From contig JACRCW010000090.1 of the NCBI GenBank assembly GCA_016218805.1, positions 1-47,476 on the forward strand: a stretch of 47,476 bases of DNA. Reading direction: 5' to 3'. The notes under the pieces are model-generated. The model saw only the letters and a list, made by a program, of their open reading frames with translations. It was not told where the DNA came from and searched no databases. The position numbers were made by a program, and so were the translations under genes. Shown here in pieces: positions 19,089-27,842 of this stretch (the first letter of the stretch is position 1; each line of letters begins with the position of its first letter). This DNA is from Deltaproteobacteria bacterium. Lineage in GTDB: Bacteria; Myxococcota; JACRCW01.

Positions 19089-19851
19089 CGGGACCCACCG
19101 CCACGCGTTCGCCCTCGCGCAACACACGGATGACGGAAGCTGCGTCGTCAAAATCGTCCGGGTAGTGGATCAAGCGCAGGCGCGCGCGCAGCGCCTCCGG
19201 CAGCGCCGCCAGCCGCTCATAGGGCGTGTGCACGCCGTGGTTGGTTTCATGGATGACCAGGTCCGCCTCCGTGAGCCAGTCCAGGAGACCGGGGTCAAAC
19301 GCGGTATCCGCGCTGTAGCCCAGGCAGGCACCGCCGGCGCGGATCCGCAGCGCGGTGGTGGGAACGTGGTGCACGGTGAAGCGGCACTCAATGGTGAACG
19401 GCCCGTGCACCACCGGCGCGGTCACCTCCAGCGGCACGTGCACAAAGTAGTCCGTGAAGTGCTTCTCCTCCGTGGGCCAGGGCGGCGCACCGGACGCGCG
19501 CAGCAGCCGGTCCATGCCCGCGGCCAGGTGCCCGTCCCACAGCCGCGTGGCGACGACAGGATGCGCCAGCAGCGTCACCCGCCGGTGCAGCATGAAGTGC
19601 GAGTAGTACGCGAATCCCTCCAGCCCCGAGACGTGGTCCGCGTGCACGTGGGTGATCACCACGGCGTCCACGCCGTCAACGTCCACCGGCTCGCCCAGGC
19701 GCAGGCCCGCGTCCCGCATCATGCGGCGGATGGGATGCGGGCAGTCCACCAGCAGGCGCGCCCCACCGCACTCCACCAGCAACGACGACGAGTAGTGCCG
19801 CGCGGTGAACGCGTCACCGACGCCGAGCGCGACGACGGACAACCCGGTCAT
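19066..19851 (-). CDS. MBL-fold metallo-hydrolase (RNase Z-like subgroup, 261 aa)
   Basis: LGVGDAF, LLVDC, THVHADH, YSADT, LVIHE, LIHYPD motifs. GGAGG RBS. Confidence 0.9.
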   Translation of the reverse strand: MTGLSVVALGVGDAFTARHYSSSLLVECGGARLLVDCPHPIRRMMRDAGLRLGEPVDVDGVDAVVITHVHADHVSGLEGFAYYSHFMLHRRVTLLAHPVVATRLWDGHLAAGMDRLLRASGAPPWPTEEKHFTDYFVHVPLEVTAPVVHGPFTIECRFTVHHVPTTALRIRAGGACLGYSADTAFDPGLLDWLTEADLVIHETNHGVHTPYERLAALPEALRARLRLIHYPDDFDDAASVIRVLREGERVAVGPVISARSP

Positions 19852-20476
19852 GCGTGTCCTCCCCGTGCGCGAGCAGGCCTGCGGCCATGGCCCGCAATGA
19901 CGCTGCCGCGCTGCCCGCGGGCAACAGGTCCGGTGCGCTGCGTGACAGCACGAAATACCCTTCCATCGCCGCGTCCAGCGCGGCACACGCATCCGTCACC
20001 TGCCGGCTGGCAGCCGCCCAGCCCGTGGCCTCCGCCACCAGCGGGCGCAGCACCGCGCGCCGCGCGTCCAGCACCGCCCGCCACGCGCGGCGCACCGGCG
20101 CATCATGCGCGGCCAGCGTGCCCAGCTCCGCCCAGCACGCTGCCGCCAGCGTGTCTTCGTCCTCCCCGCGCGCCAGGTTGGCGTCCAGGAACGCGTACAG
20201 GCTTGCCGTGCCGGACGTGCCCGCGCGCCGCGCCGCAAACCGCGCCGAACCACGACGGGACAACTCGTCCGCCAGGGCCACCAGCAGCTCATGCTTGTTG
20301 CGGAAGTGGTAGTGCACCAGCCCGGGGGCCAGTCCCGCCTCAGCGGCAATGGCGCGCGTGCCCGCCCCGGCCCACCCGTCCCGCGCAATCACGCGCATCA
20401 GCGCTTCCACCAGCTGCGCGCGCCGTTCCGGCGTGTTGGGCGGGCGTCCCCTCCGGCCGGATGATTTCTTGATCAT
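19814..20476 (-). CDS. TetR family transcriptional regulator (BetI-like, 220 aa)
   Basis: RRAQLVEALMRVIARDG...TRAIAAEAGLAPGLVHYHFRNKHELL HTH. Overlaps the start of the MBL hydrolase. Confidence 0.92.
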   Translation of the reverse strand: MIKKSSGRRGRPPNTPERRAQLVEALMRVIARDGWAGAGTRAIAAEAGLAPGLVHYHFRNKHELLVALADELSRRGSARFAARRAGTSGTASLYAFLDANLARGEDEDTLAAACWAELGTLAAHDAPVRRAWRAVLDARRAVLRPLVAEATGWAAASRQVTDACAALDAAMEGYFVLSRSAPDLLPAGSAAASLRAMAAGLLAHGEDTHDRVVRRRARRR

Positions 20477-20513
20477 GCGCCCAAACAAACACCCCGCGGC
20501 GCGCCACGTCAAC

Positions 20514-22994
20514 TCAGAAGGTGCGGGTGGCCGCCTCAAACCCCACAAAGCCCCCGGTGCCCCACACCACGTCCGTGACAAAACACCACCCGTCCACGGG
20601 GATGTTGGTGCAGGGGAACTGCTGGAACTGGCCGGTGGCCGGCGCCGCCCCGCCGCGCACAAACATCTCCACCGTGAAGGACGTGGTGGCCCCGGGCGGC
20701 TGGCCGCGCACGTTGCTGCCGGGCCCCTGCGCGGGCACCAGCGGGGAGCCGTAGTAGTGCACCGCCACCGTGTAGCGTCCCGCGGACGGGTGGCGGATGG
20801 AGATGTTCTCCGGTGTGCACACGGTGGCGCCCTGCAGGTCCGTGTAACAGCCACGGCGGTTGTCAATGTCCAGGCGCGGGTTCACGTCCGCACTGAGCGT
20901 GGCGCCGCCGCCAAACGGGAAGTTGTAGACCTTGATCCCGGCGCCACTGGGCGGCGGGTAGGCGTAGTTGCCCGCCAGGTCCACGTTCCACGCCAGCGTC
21001 TTCTGCGTGCACTGCTGGCCGGGGACCTGCACCGTGCACGCGGCGCAGTTGCCCCAGTGGCAGTCCGGCGCCACGCGCGTGGCCTCCAGGTTGGCGCAGT
21101 TGATGTACGTACCCGGGCTGGCCTGGCAGGTGGCCTGCTCCGCCGGGCCCCAGTTGAAATCAAAAAACCAGTTGGGATTGCGCAGCGGGTCCCGTCCGCC
21201 GGTGGCCTTGCCCACGGGGTGCAGCAGGTGGAGGTCCACGTCCACGTCTTCGTTCATCACCAGCTGCGCGTTGAGGTCCGCGTTGGGGCCGTCCACGGTG
21301 AACACCACGTCACAGGACTGGTCCGGCGTGTTGGCCTGCGTGAGCGTGACGCGCAGCGTGTATTCGCCGGGGATCACCGGTGCAAAGCGCACGGTGACGG
21401 TGTCCGCGCCCTCCAGCGCCACGCTGTTGGGCTGGTCATTGCCCTGGCTGTCAATGACGTGCACCACGCTCCACTGGATGGTGTACGTCATGGGAACCAC
21501 GTTGGTGAGCACCACCGTCAGGGACGTGGTGTCCAGGATGCGCACGCCCACCGGCGGGTTGGGGCAGGTCAGTGACCCGGCGCCGGAGAACTGCGTGCAC
21601 ACGTTGCTGATGCACACCAGCGGGTTGGGGCAGTCACCCGTGGTGCCGCACGGCGGGTTGCGCTCACAGGTGTTGTTCACGCAGCGCTGCGTGGCCGGGC
21701 AGTCACCGTTGACGCTGCAGGACGGGTTGGGCTCGCAGCGCCCGTTGGCGCAGTGCTCGTTGGCATCGCAGTCGGTGTCGGTGGTGCATTCCGTGCCGCG
21801 CGTGCAGCGGCCGCCCTGGCAGTACTGACCCGCGGGGCAGTCCACGCTGCGCGTGCACGCCGGGTTGAGGGAGCAGGTCCCGTTGTCACACGACATGGTG
21901 GCGGGGCATTGCGCGTCAGACGTGCAGCCCTGGTTGCGCGTGCAGGTGCCGCCGACGCAGGTCTCATTGGCCAGGCAGTTGCTGTCCGGCGGGCAGGCGG
22001 GATTGTTGGTGCAGGTGCCCCCCACGCAGCGCTGCGCCACCGTGCATTGCGAATCCGCGGTGCACCCCGGGTTGCGGTTGCACAGCCCGGCCACGCACGT
22101 TTCCGTGGTGGCGCAGTCCGCGTTGGTGGTGCAGCCGGGGTTGTTGGTGCACGTGCCCGCCACGCAGTGCTGGCTGGGCTGGCACTGCGCGTCCGTGCTG
22201 CAGGATGGGTTGTCCGTGCAGGTGCCGTTCACGCAGGTCTGCGTCTCACGGCAGTTGGCGGTGGTGGTGCAGGGCGCGCCGCGCGTGCAGGTGCCCCCCA
22301 CGCAGGACTGGTTGGGTGGGCAGTCCGCGTTTCCGGCGCAGCCGCGGTTGCGGTTGCACACGCCGTTCTCACAGCTCTGGTCGGACGGGCAGTCCGCGTC
22401 GGTGGAGCAGGTCCCATTGCGGTTGCAGGTGCCGTTGTCACAGGTCTGCGTGACCGGGCACTGCGCATCCGTGGTGCAGGGGCCGTTGCGGGAGCAGGTC
22501 CCGTTCTCGCAGTGCTGGCTGGCCGGGCAGTCCGCGTCCACGGTGCACGCGTCATTGGTCACGCACGCGCCGTTGATGCAGCTCTGCGTGGCCAGGCAGT
22601 CCGCCTGGCGCACGCATGATCCGTTGCGCGTGCACACCCCGTCCACGCACGACTGCGACGGCGGGCAATCCGCGTTGTCCGTGCACGTGCCGTTCTGCGT
22701 ACACACGCCGTCCACGCAGCTCTGCGTGGCCGGGCACTGGCTGTCCTGGGTGCAGGTGTCATTGGCCACGCACGCGCCGTTGGCGCAGTGCTGCGTCTGC
22801 GGACAGTCCGGGTCGCTCAGGCAGGCGGCCTTCACGCAGCGCCCGTCGCGGCAGACTTCGGCGGGAGAGCACTCCGAGCTGGCGGTGCAGGACCGCGGGC
22901 CCACACCGCCGTCACCGGGGTCATAGTTGTTCACGCAGGAGACCGCTCCCGCCACCAGCACGGCCAACCCCAGGCATCTCAGGCCCTGCGCCAT
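20514..22994 (-). CDS. Large Cys-rich repeat lipoprotein with C-terminal Ig-like and YfaP/DUF2135-like domains (826 aa)
   Basis: Lipobox AVSC, 19 tandem four-Cys repeats, then DVDLHLLHP...RLDIDN...PENISI...GRYTVAVHYY. GGAGG RBS. Confidence 0.85.
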   Translation of the reverse strand: MAQGLRCLGLAVLVAGAVSCVNNYDPGDGGVGPRSCTASSECSPAEVCRDGRCVKAACLSDPDCPQTQHCANGACVANDTCTQDSQCPATQSCVDGVCTQNGTCTDNADCPPSQSCVDGVCTRNGSCVRQADCLATQSCINGACVTNDACTVDADCPASQHCENGTCSRNGPCTTDAQCPVTQTCDNGTCNRNGTCSTDADCPSDQSCENGVCNRNRGCAGNADCPPNQSCVGGTCTRGAPCTTTANCRETQTCVNGTCTDNPSCSTDAQCQPSQHCVAGTCTNNPGCTTNADCATTETCVAGLCNRNPGCTADSQCTVAQRCVGGTCTNNPACPPDSNCLANETCVGGTCTRNQGCTSDAQCPATMSCDNGTCSLNPACTRSVDCPAGQYCQGGRCTRGTECTTDTDCDANEHCANGRCEPNPSCSVNGDCPATQRCVNNTCERNPPCGTTGDCPNPLVCISNVCTQFSGAGSLTCPNPPVGVRILDTTSLTVVLTNVVPMTYTIQWSVVHVIDSQGNDQPNSVALEGADTVTVRFAPVIPGEYTLRVTLTQANTPDQSCDVVFTVDGPNADLNAQLVMNEDVDVDLHLLHPVGKATGGRDPLRNPNWFFDFNWGPAEQATCQASPGTYINCANLEATRVAPDCHWGNCAACTVQVPGQQCTQKTLAWNVDLAGNYAYPPPSGAGIKVYNFPFGGGATLSADVNPRLDIDNRRGCYTDLQGATVCTPENISIRHPSAGRYTVAVHYYGSPLVPAQGPGSNVRGQPPGATTSFTVEMFVRGGAAPATGQFQQFPCTNIPVDGWCFVTDVVWGTGGFVGFEAATRTF
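21582..22889 (-). repeat. Intragenic tandem repeat: 19 copies of about 69 bp encoding C-x5-C-x5-C-x4-C-x5
   Basis: Counted from the translation, for example CTQDSQCPATQSCVDGVCTQNGT and CTDNADCPPSQSCVDGVCTRNGS. Confidence 0.9.
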
Positions 22995-23104
22995 TGGAAA
23001 CCTCCGACCCGCACCGCAACCGTGACGGGGAACGCCGCGCATTCTACGCCACGGCCCGCCGGTTCCATGAAAACGCTCCGTGTCCCACCTTGTGGGCTGC
23101 CCGC

Positions 23105-24007
23105 CTACCGCCCGCGGCGCGCCCACCGGAGCAGCAGCAGCGCCAGCGCGGCGGCCCATGGCAGGCCCCCGCCCGACGCTGCGCAGCCCATGCGCACGCC
23201 GAACAGCGTGCGCTGCTCACACGGACTCTGCGAGGTGTCATCGCACGACCGCAGGGCGCGGATGTGCGGGGTGACGCCGCCACCGGTGGCCGGCACGCAC
23301 GGCGTGGCCGCCTGGCCCGGCGGGTAAATGGCGCAAACGCCGTTCTCGTCGTCGGTATCCAGTGTGCGCTTCTTGGTCTCACCCGGCTGGGCGCTCGCGT
23401 ACATGGTTGCGTCCGGCACCGCGGGGTGGTCCAGGCCCAGCACGTGGCCCAGTTCATGGGTGATGGTGTTCTCCACGTCATTGGCGCCGCCGCAGCCGGA
23501 ACCATCATCCGGACAGATGGCCCACGTGTACCGGCGGCCCCCGGTGCGGGGGACCGCGTTGACCTCAATGTCCGCGTCCAGGATGCGCCCGCTGCGGCTG
23601 TTGAACGTGACGGTGGTGATGGCCAGCGCGCCGGCCTGGTGCGGCCAGGTGTCCCACGGGTCCGCGGGGTCGCCCTCGCGGAAGACGATGGTGTTGCGGT
23701 TTGCCTCCGGGTGGCGCCAGTCATAGCCGGCGCGCTCATCCTCAGTGTCACCGCCGTCAATGAACGTGAAGTCCGTGCACGCCACGTCCGTCCAGGACGC
23801 CATGGAGCGCGTGATGGCCGCGTGGCACGCCGCGCGATCCGCCAGGTCCGACGAGCAGCGCACGTGCTGCAGCACGGTCACCTCCCGCGGCGCCCACCAC
23901 AGGGTCCATCCGCCGGCGGGCACTTCGGTGCACTTGTAGGCGGACGCGCTCCCCGTCCACGCCGCCAGCAGCACCGGCGCCAGCCACCGGCTCGGGACGC
24001 GGGTCAC
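23105..24007 (-). CDS. Matrixin (M10)-type zinc metalloprotease with MYXO-CTERM-like tail (300 aa)
   Basis: HELGHVLGLDH zinc motif, Met-turn ATMYA, ILDADIEVN, tail GCAASGGG...LLLRWARRGR. The GTG start overlaps the upstream TGA. Confidence 0.9.
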   Translation of the reverse strand: MTRVPSRWLAPVLLAAWTGSASAYKCTEVPAGGWTLWWAPREVTVLQHVRCSSDLADRAACHAAITRSMASWTDVACTDFTFIDGGDTEDERAGYDWRHPEANRNTIVFREGDPADPWDTWPHQAGALAITTVTFNSRSGRILDADIEVNAVPRTGGRRYTWAICPDDGSGCGGANDVENTITHELGHVLGLDHPAVPDATMYASAQPGETKKRTLDTDDENGVCAIYPPGQAATPCVPATGGGVTPHIRALRSCDDTSQSPCEQRTLFGVRMGCAASGGGLPWAAALALLLLRWARRGR

Positions 24008-24579
24008 GGCGCACCTCCGCCACCGGGGGCGGCCAGGAGCGCGCGCACATCGTCCAGCGGGCGCGGGGGCTCGCCGCGGTCCGGCAGGCGGGCGGACGGT
24101 CCGGGCGCGCTGCCCGGCGTCACCAGCGCCAGGCGGGACGCCCCGCGGGACACCCACAGCGCGCCCTGCCCGTCGGTGGACACGGTCCAAACGCCCTGGG
24201 CCATGCCCGTGGGCCGCCAGCCGCCGCCGGCGGGCTCCAGGAAGAACAGCGCGTGGTCCCCGGTGCGCGCGTCGGCCTCGCCGGGGATCCATTGCCCCAC
24301 CTCACCCACCACGCCGCCCAGCACCGTGACGTCCAGGCGCGCGGCCGGCGCGCCCTTGAGCGTCTCCACCACATCCACCGTGAGCCGCGTGACAATGCGC
24401 GTGCCGTTGGGGTCCCACGCGGAGTCCCGGGCCACCACCATGCCGCGCACCACGCGCGCGGAGGCGCGGGACAACGCCGGCAGGTCCAGCCGCTCCACCA
24501 CGGTGGCCAGGACGGGCGTGGCCAGCGCAGCCAGCAGCGCGGCAACGCGGAGGATGGGCGGAACGAGGTGACCGGACAC
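24004..24579 (-). CDS. Secreted hypothetical protein, coupled partner of the matrixin (191 aa)
   Basis: Signal peptide, L-x-x-x-S-x-x-V-V-x-G-x-V, VVETLKG, GG-x-VG and GMAQG motifs. The stop overlaps the matrixin start. Confidence 0.8.
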   Translation of the reverse strand: MSGHLVPPILRVAALLAALATPVLATVVERLDLPALSRASARVVRGMVVARDSAWDPNGTRIVTRLTVDVVETLKGAPAARLDVTVLGGVVGEVGQWIPGEADARTGDHALFFLEPAGGGWRPTGMAQGVWTVSTDGQGALWVSRGASRLALVTPGSAPGPSARLPDRGEPPRPLDDVRALLAAPGGGGAP

Positions 24580-24611
24580 GACGTGCGAGCCTAGCAGACC
24601 CCCCGGCCGCT

Positions 24612-25556
24612 TCAGAACAACCTGCTCACGCGGGCGAGCATGCGCTCCGCCTTGAGCTTCTCCAGTTCCTGCTCGGGCGCGGTCTCAGGGTCCAGCGTTG
24701 TGTCGGTGGCCAGCACATCCTTGAGCAGGCGTTCAAACAGTGCGCGGTCACCGCGCTTGACCGCCAGCGTGTCCGCCATGGTCACCCGGTTGGCCAGGGA
24801 GGAGGGGGAACGGGAGAGCGCTTCGCGGAAGTGGCTCTCCGCCCGCCCCAGGTCCCGCCCCGCGAACAGGGGGGACAACGCGTAGTACGCGCCAAAGTAG
24901 CGGTGCGCCGCGGCCCCCGCGTAGTCCGGGTCCAGCGCCAGCACCTGCCGCATGGCCGCTTTCACGCGGTCCCGCACCAGGAAGGACGCGTACAGACCCT
25001 TGCCACGCGCCCAGCGCCCCAGGTTGGCCGCAAACCAGTAAAGCTCCGGCGCGGCGGCCGGATCCACTCGCTGCACGGCGTCATCAAACGCGGTGCCGGC
25101 GCGCACCGCCTTCACAAACTCCGGGCTGGACAACCCCAGCGCGCGCTCCGCCGCCACCACGCCGCGGTCAAACGACGCCAGCGCGGCTTCCGCCCCGCCG
25201 CGCACCAGCGCCGTCTCACCCGCCAGGTGATGCGCGCGGGCCAGCTTCACAAACACCGCCACGGACGGCACCAGCAGCGCCGCCTCGTCGTACAGGGTGA
25301 GCGCGCGCTCCTGCGCTGCCGGGTCCGCGCGGTCCTTCCACGCGGCGTCGCCCTCCTCCACGCGGCGTGCCGCGGCGGCCTGTTTCTCTTCGTCCGTCTG
25401 GGGCGCGTCCGCGGGCACGGGCACGCCGGACCGGCGCGGCGCATCAAACGTTTCCGGGCGCACCCCGCCCAGGCCGCCGGGATACAGCGGTGTGCGGCAC
25501 CCGGACACTGACGCGGCCAGGATGCATGCGACCCCAACGACGACCACCGACCTCAT
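24612..25556 (-). CDS. TRAP transporter TatT-like TPR lipoprotein (314 aa)
   Basis: Lipobox VSGC, LYWFAANLG, ALDPDY, P-x-x-AGRDL-x-x-A-x-x-HF, DRALF-x-x-LL-x-x-VL. Confidence 0.75.
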   Translation of the reverse strand: MRSVVVVGVACILAASVSGCRTPLYPGGLGGVRPETFDAPRRSGVPVPADAPQTDEEKQAAAARRVEEGDAAWKDRADPAAQERALTLYDEAALLVPSVAVFVKLARAHHLAGETALVRGGAEAALASFDRGVVAAERALGLSSPEFVKAVRAGTAFDDAVQRVDPAAAPELYWFAANLGRWARGKGLYASFLVRDRVKAAMRQVLALDPDYAGAAAHRYFGAYYALSPLFAGRDLGRAESHFREALSRSPSSLANRVTMADTLAVKRGDRALFERLLKDVLATDTTLDPETAPEQELEKLKAERMLARVSRLF

Positions 25557-25691
25557 GCACCGCTCCTCGCCGACGGCCCGCGGGACGGGGCCACCCCAAC
25601 AAGGCGGCTGTCCTAGGGCCGCGGCCCCCATCCCTGCAACGGATGGCGGAGCGTGCGCCCCGTACCGGTTGGGGGTAGCCTGCGAAAAGTT

Positions 25692-27245
25692 ATGTCCGAC
25701 TCTCACGGCAACCCACCAGAGGAGCCGGAACTCCGGTTTCCCTTCCAGTTCGGCCGCTACACGCTGCGCCGCCGGCTGGGAGAGGGCGGCATGGGCGAGG
25801 TGTTCCTGGCCTCCGTGCAGGGCGGCATTGAGGGCGCGGACAAGACCTGCGTCATCAAGAAGCTGCGCAAGACCTACAGCCACGACGAGGAATTTGTGCA
25901 GCGCTTCCTGGATGAAGCGCGCCTGATGGTGCAGCTCAACCACGCCAACATCGTCCCGGTGTTCGACGCGGGCACCCAGGAGGGCGAGTACTACCTGGCG
26001 ATGGAGCACATTGACGGCGTGGACCTGCGCGAGCTCATTGAGCTGGCCGCCCGCAAGAATGACGTGCTGCCGGAGGCGGTGTCGCTCTACGTGGCGCGCG
26101 AGATCCTGTCCGCGCTGGGCTACGCGCACCGCAAGAAGGACAAGGTGGGCAAGCCGCTGGGCGTGGTGCACCGGGACATCAGCCCGCAGAACATCCTGTG
26201 CAGCCTGGCCGGCGAGGTGAAGCTCATTGATTTCGGGCTGGCCAAGAGCACGCAGAAGGTGCTCAAGACGGACCCGCGCGTGGTGCTGGGCAAGTACGCG
26301 TACATGAGCCCGGAGCAGGCGCGCGGCCAGCCGGTGGACGGACGCAGTGACCTGTTCGCGGTGGCACTGCTGTTGTGGGAGATGCTCACCGGCCGCAAAC
26401 TGTTTGACGGCGTCACCGTGGGCGAACTGATGGAGCAGATTGCCGAGCACCGCGTGTTCCCCGCCGCCCGCATCCGCAAGAGCATTGACTCCGAGGTGGA
26501 TGCGCTGGTGAACCACGCGCTGGTCAAGCCGGTGGCGGACCGCTTCCAGACGGCGGAGGAGTTCCGTGACGCGGTCAGCCGCATTCTCAACCGGCTGGCA
26601 CCCACCATCAGCGCCGACGACCTGGCGCGCGAGGTGCGCATTGCGCGCGGCCTGCCGCAGCCCACGGGCCTGACCGGCATCCACGTCATGCCGCCGCCGC
26701 GCCACAATGAGCCCACCGCCGCGCTGGGCAACGGTGATGAAGAAGCCACCATCCCCGCCCAGGACGTCCCGCCACCCATGCCGGCGTCACGGCGCGGTTC
26801 CTCCACGGCGGCGCCACGGCAGTCCCAGGCCGCCCGCTCGTCCGGCAGCAACGACACGCAGGAGGAGACCACGGAGCGGCGGCCCACGCGCCGCAAGACC
26901 GGGTCCACCAAGGCTCAAGCCGCGCCGTCGCCCCATGACGACCTGGCGCCGCGCGCCATGGCCCCCACCGCGCTGCCCGCCGCGCAGGGGTGGCCCGCCT
27001 GGAAGCTGCTGGGGCTGGGGGCCGGCATCTCCACGCTCATCGTGATTGTGGGCGTGGTGATCTACCTGGTGTTCCGCGCGCCGCCGGAACCGGTGGTGGC
27101 GCCGGTGCTGCCCAGTGCGCCGGAGCCCGCCGCGGAGCCGGCGCCCGCCGCGGAACCGGCCCCGGACGACGACAACGACGCCAAGGCGCGCAAGGGCAAG
27201 GGTGGCGGCGCCAAGAAGAAGACCAACAAGGGCAAGGCGCGGTGA
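25692..27245 (+). CDS. Membrane-anchored Ser/Thr protein kinase (517 aa)
   Basis: LGEGGMGEV, VIKK, HRDISPQN, DFG, GKYAYMSPEQ. One TM helix near the C-terminus and a short basic tail. Confidence 0.95.
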   Translation: MSDSHGNPPEEPELRFPFQFGRYTLRRRLGEGGMGEVFLASVQGGIEGADKTCVIKKLRKTYSHDEEFVQRFLDEARLMVQLNHANIVPVFDAGTQEGEYYLAMEHIDGVDLRELIELAARKNDVLPEAVSLYVAREILSALGYAHRKKDKVGKPLGVVHRDISPQNILCSLAGEVKLIDFGLAKSTQKVLKTDPRVVLGKYAYMSPEQARGQPVDGRSDLFAVALLLWEMLTGRKLFDGVTVGELMEQIAEHRVFPAARIRKSIDSEVDALVNHALVKPVADRFQTAEEFRDAVSRILNRLAPTISADDLAREVRIARGLPQPTGLTGIHVMPPPRHNEPTAALGNGDEEATIPAQDVPPPMPASRRGSSTAAPRQSQAARSSGSNDTQEETTERRPTRRKTGSTKAQAAPSPHDDLAPRAMAPTALPAAQGWPAWKLLGLGAGISTLIVIVGVVIYLVFRAPPEPVVAPVLPSAPEPAAEPAPAAEPAPDDDNDAKARKGKGGGAKKKTNKGKAR

Positions 27246-27265
27246 GCGCCGCGGGAGGAAGCAGG

Positions 27266-27733
27266 ATGCGAAGCACGGCGTGGTGGCTGGCGGTGGTGCT
27301 GTTGTCCGCGTGCAGCACGGGGGACGGGGGCGGCACGTCCAGCAGCTCCGGCGGCGGGTCCGGCGGGGGGTGCGGCAGCGCGGCGGACTGTCCGGCGGGG
27401 TTTGCGTGCAAGGCCCGCGCGTGCGTGACCAGCTGCACCTCCAGTCAGCCGCTCATTGGCGGGTGCGTCAACGGCGCCCAGTGCAACAACGGCTCCTGCG
27501 TGCTGAACACCACGTGCAATGAGACCACCGAGTGCGCGTACGACAAGGGCCAGGTGTGCGACTTTGCCCAGGGAACGTGCGTGACCGCCAGCGAGACGTG
27601 CAGCGAGGGCGAGAACGAGACGCTGTGCAACAACGGGTACCTGTGCCACATCGACGTCTGTTACTTCAATTGCAGCGGCGCCAAGGGCTGCCCGGCGGGC
27701 AAGACCTGCCAGGCCGACCACACCTGCCTCTGA
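27266..27733 (+). CDS. Small Cys-rich lipoprotein (155 aa)
   Basis: Lipobox LSAC and multiple C-x5-C-x5-C-x4-C modules. An in-frame GTG at 27242 overlapping the kinase stop is an alternative start. Confidence 0.8.
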   Translation: MRSTAWWLAVVLLSACSTGDGGGTSSSSGGGSGGGCGSAADCPAGFACKARACVTSCTSSQPLIGGCVNGAQCNNGSCVLNTTCNETTECAYDKGQVCDFAQGTCVTASETCSEGENETLCNNGYLCHIDVCYFNCSGAKGCPAGKTCQADHTCL

Positions 27734-27792
27734 CACACCCCTGACCCCAAACGCGTGACCCGCCGCGCGGTTGCTCCGCGTGCAGATCAGGC

Positions 27793-27832
27793 TTGCGTCT
27801 CGTGTTGTTAGTGTTATTGTTACACCAACAAC
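27793..27832 (+). promoter_or_regulatory. Putative sigma70 promoter with overlapping palindromic operator for the vWA operon
   Basis: TTGCGT (27793-27798), a 16-nt spacer, then extended -10 TGnTATTGT (27812-27820). Inverted repeat GTTGTTAGTGT-N7-ACACCAACAAC (27804-27832, 10/11 match). GGAGG RBS at 27833-27837. Confidence 0.6.
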
Positions 27833-27842
27833 GGAGGTGACC

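Noticed and set aside
22616..24571. 651-aa plus-strand ORF
   Set aside because: It is antisense to three well-supported minus-strand genes and has low-complexity Arg/Pro/Ala composition.
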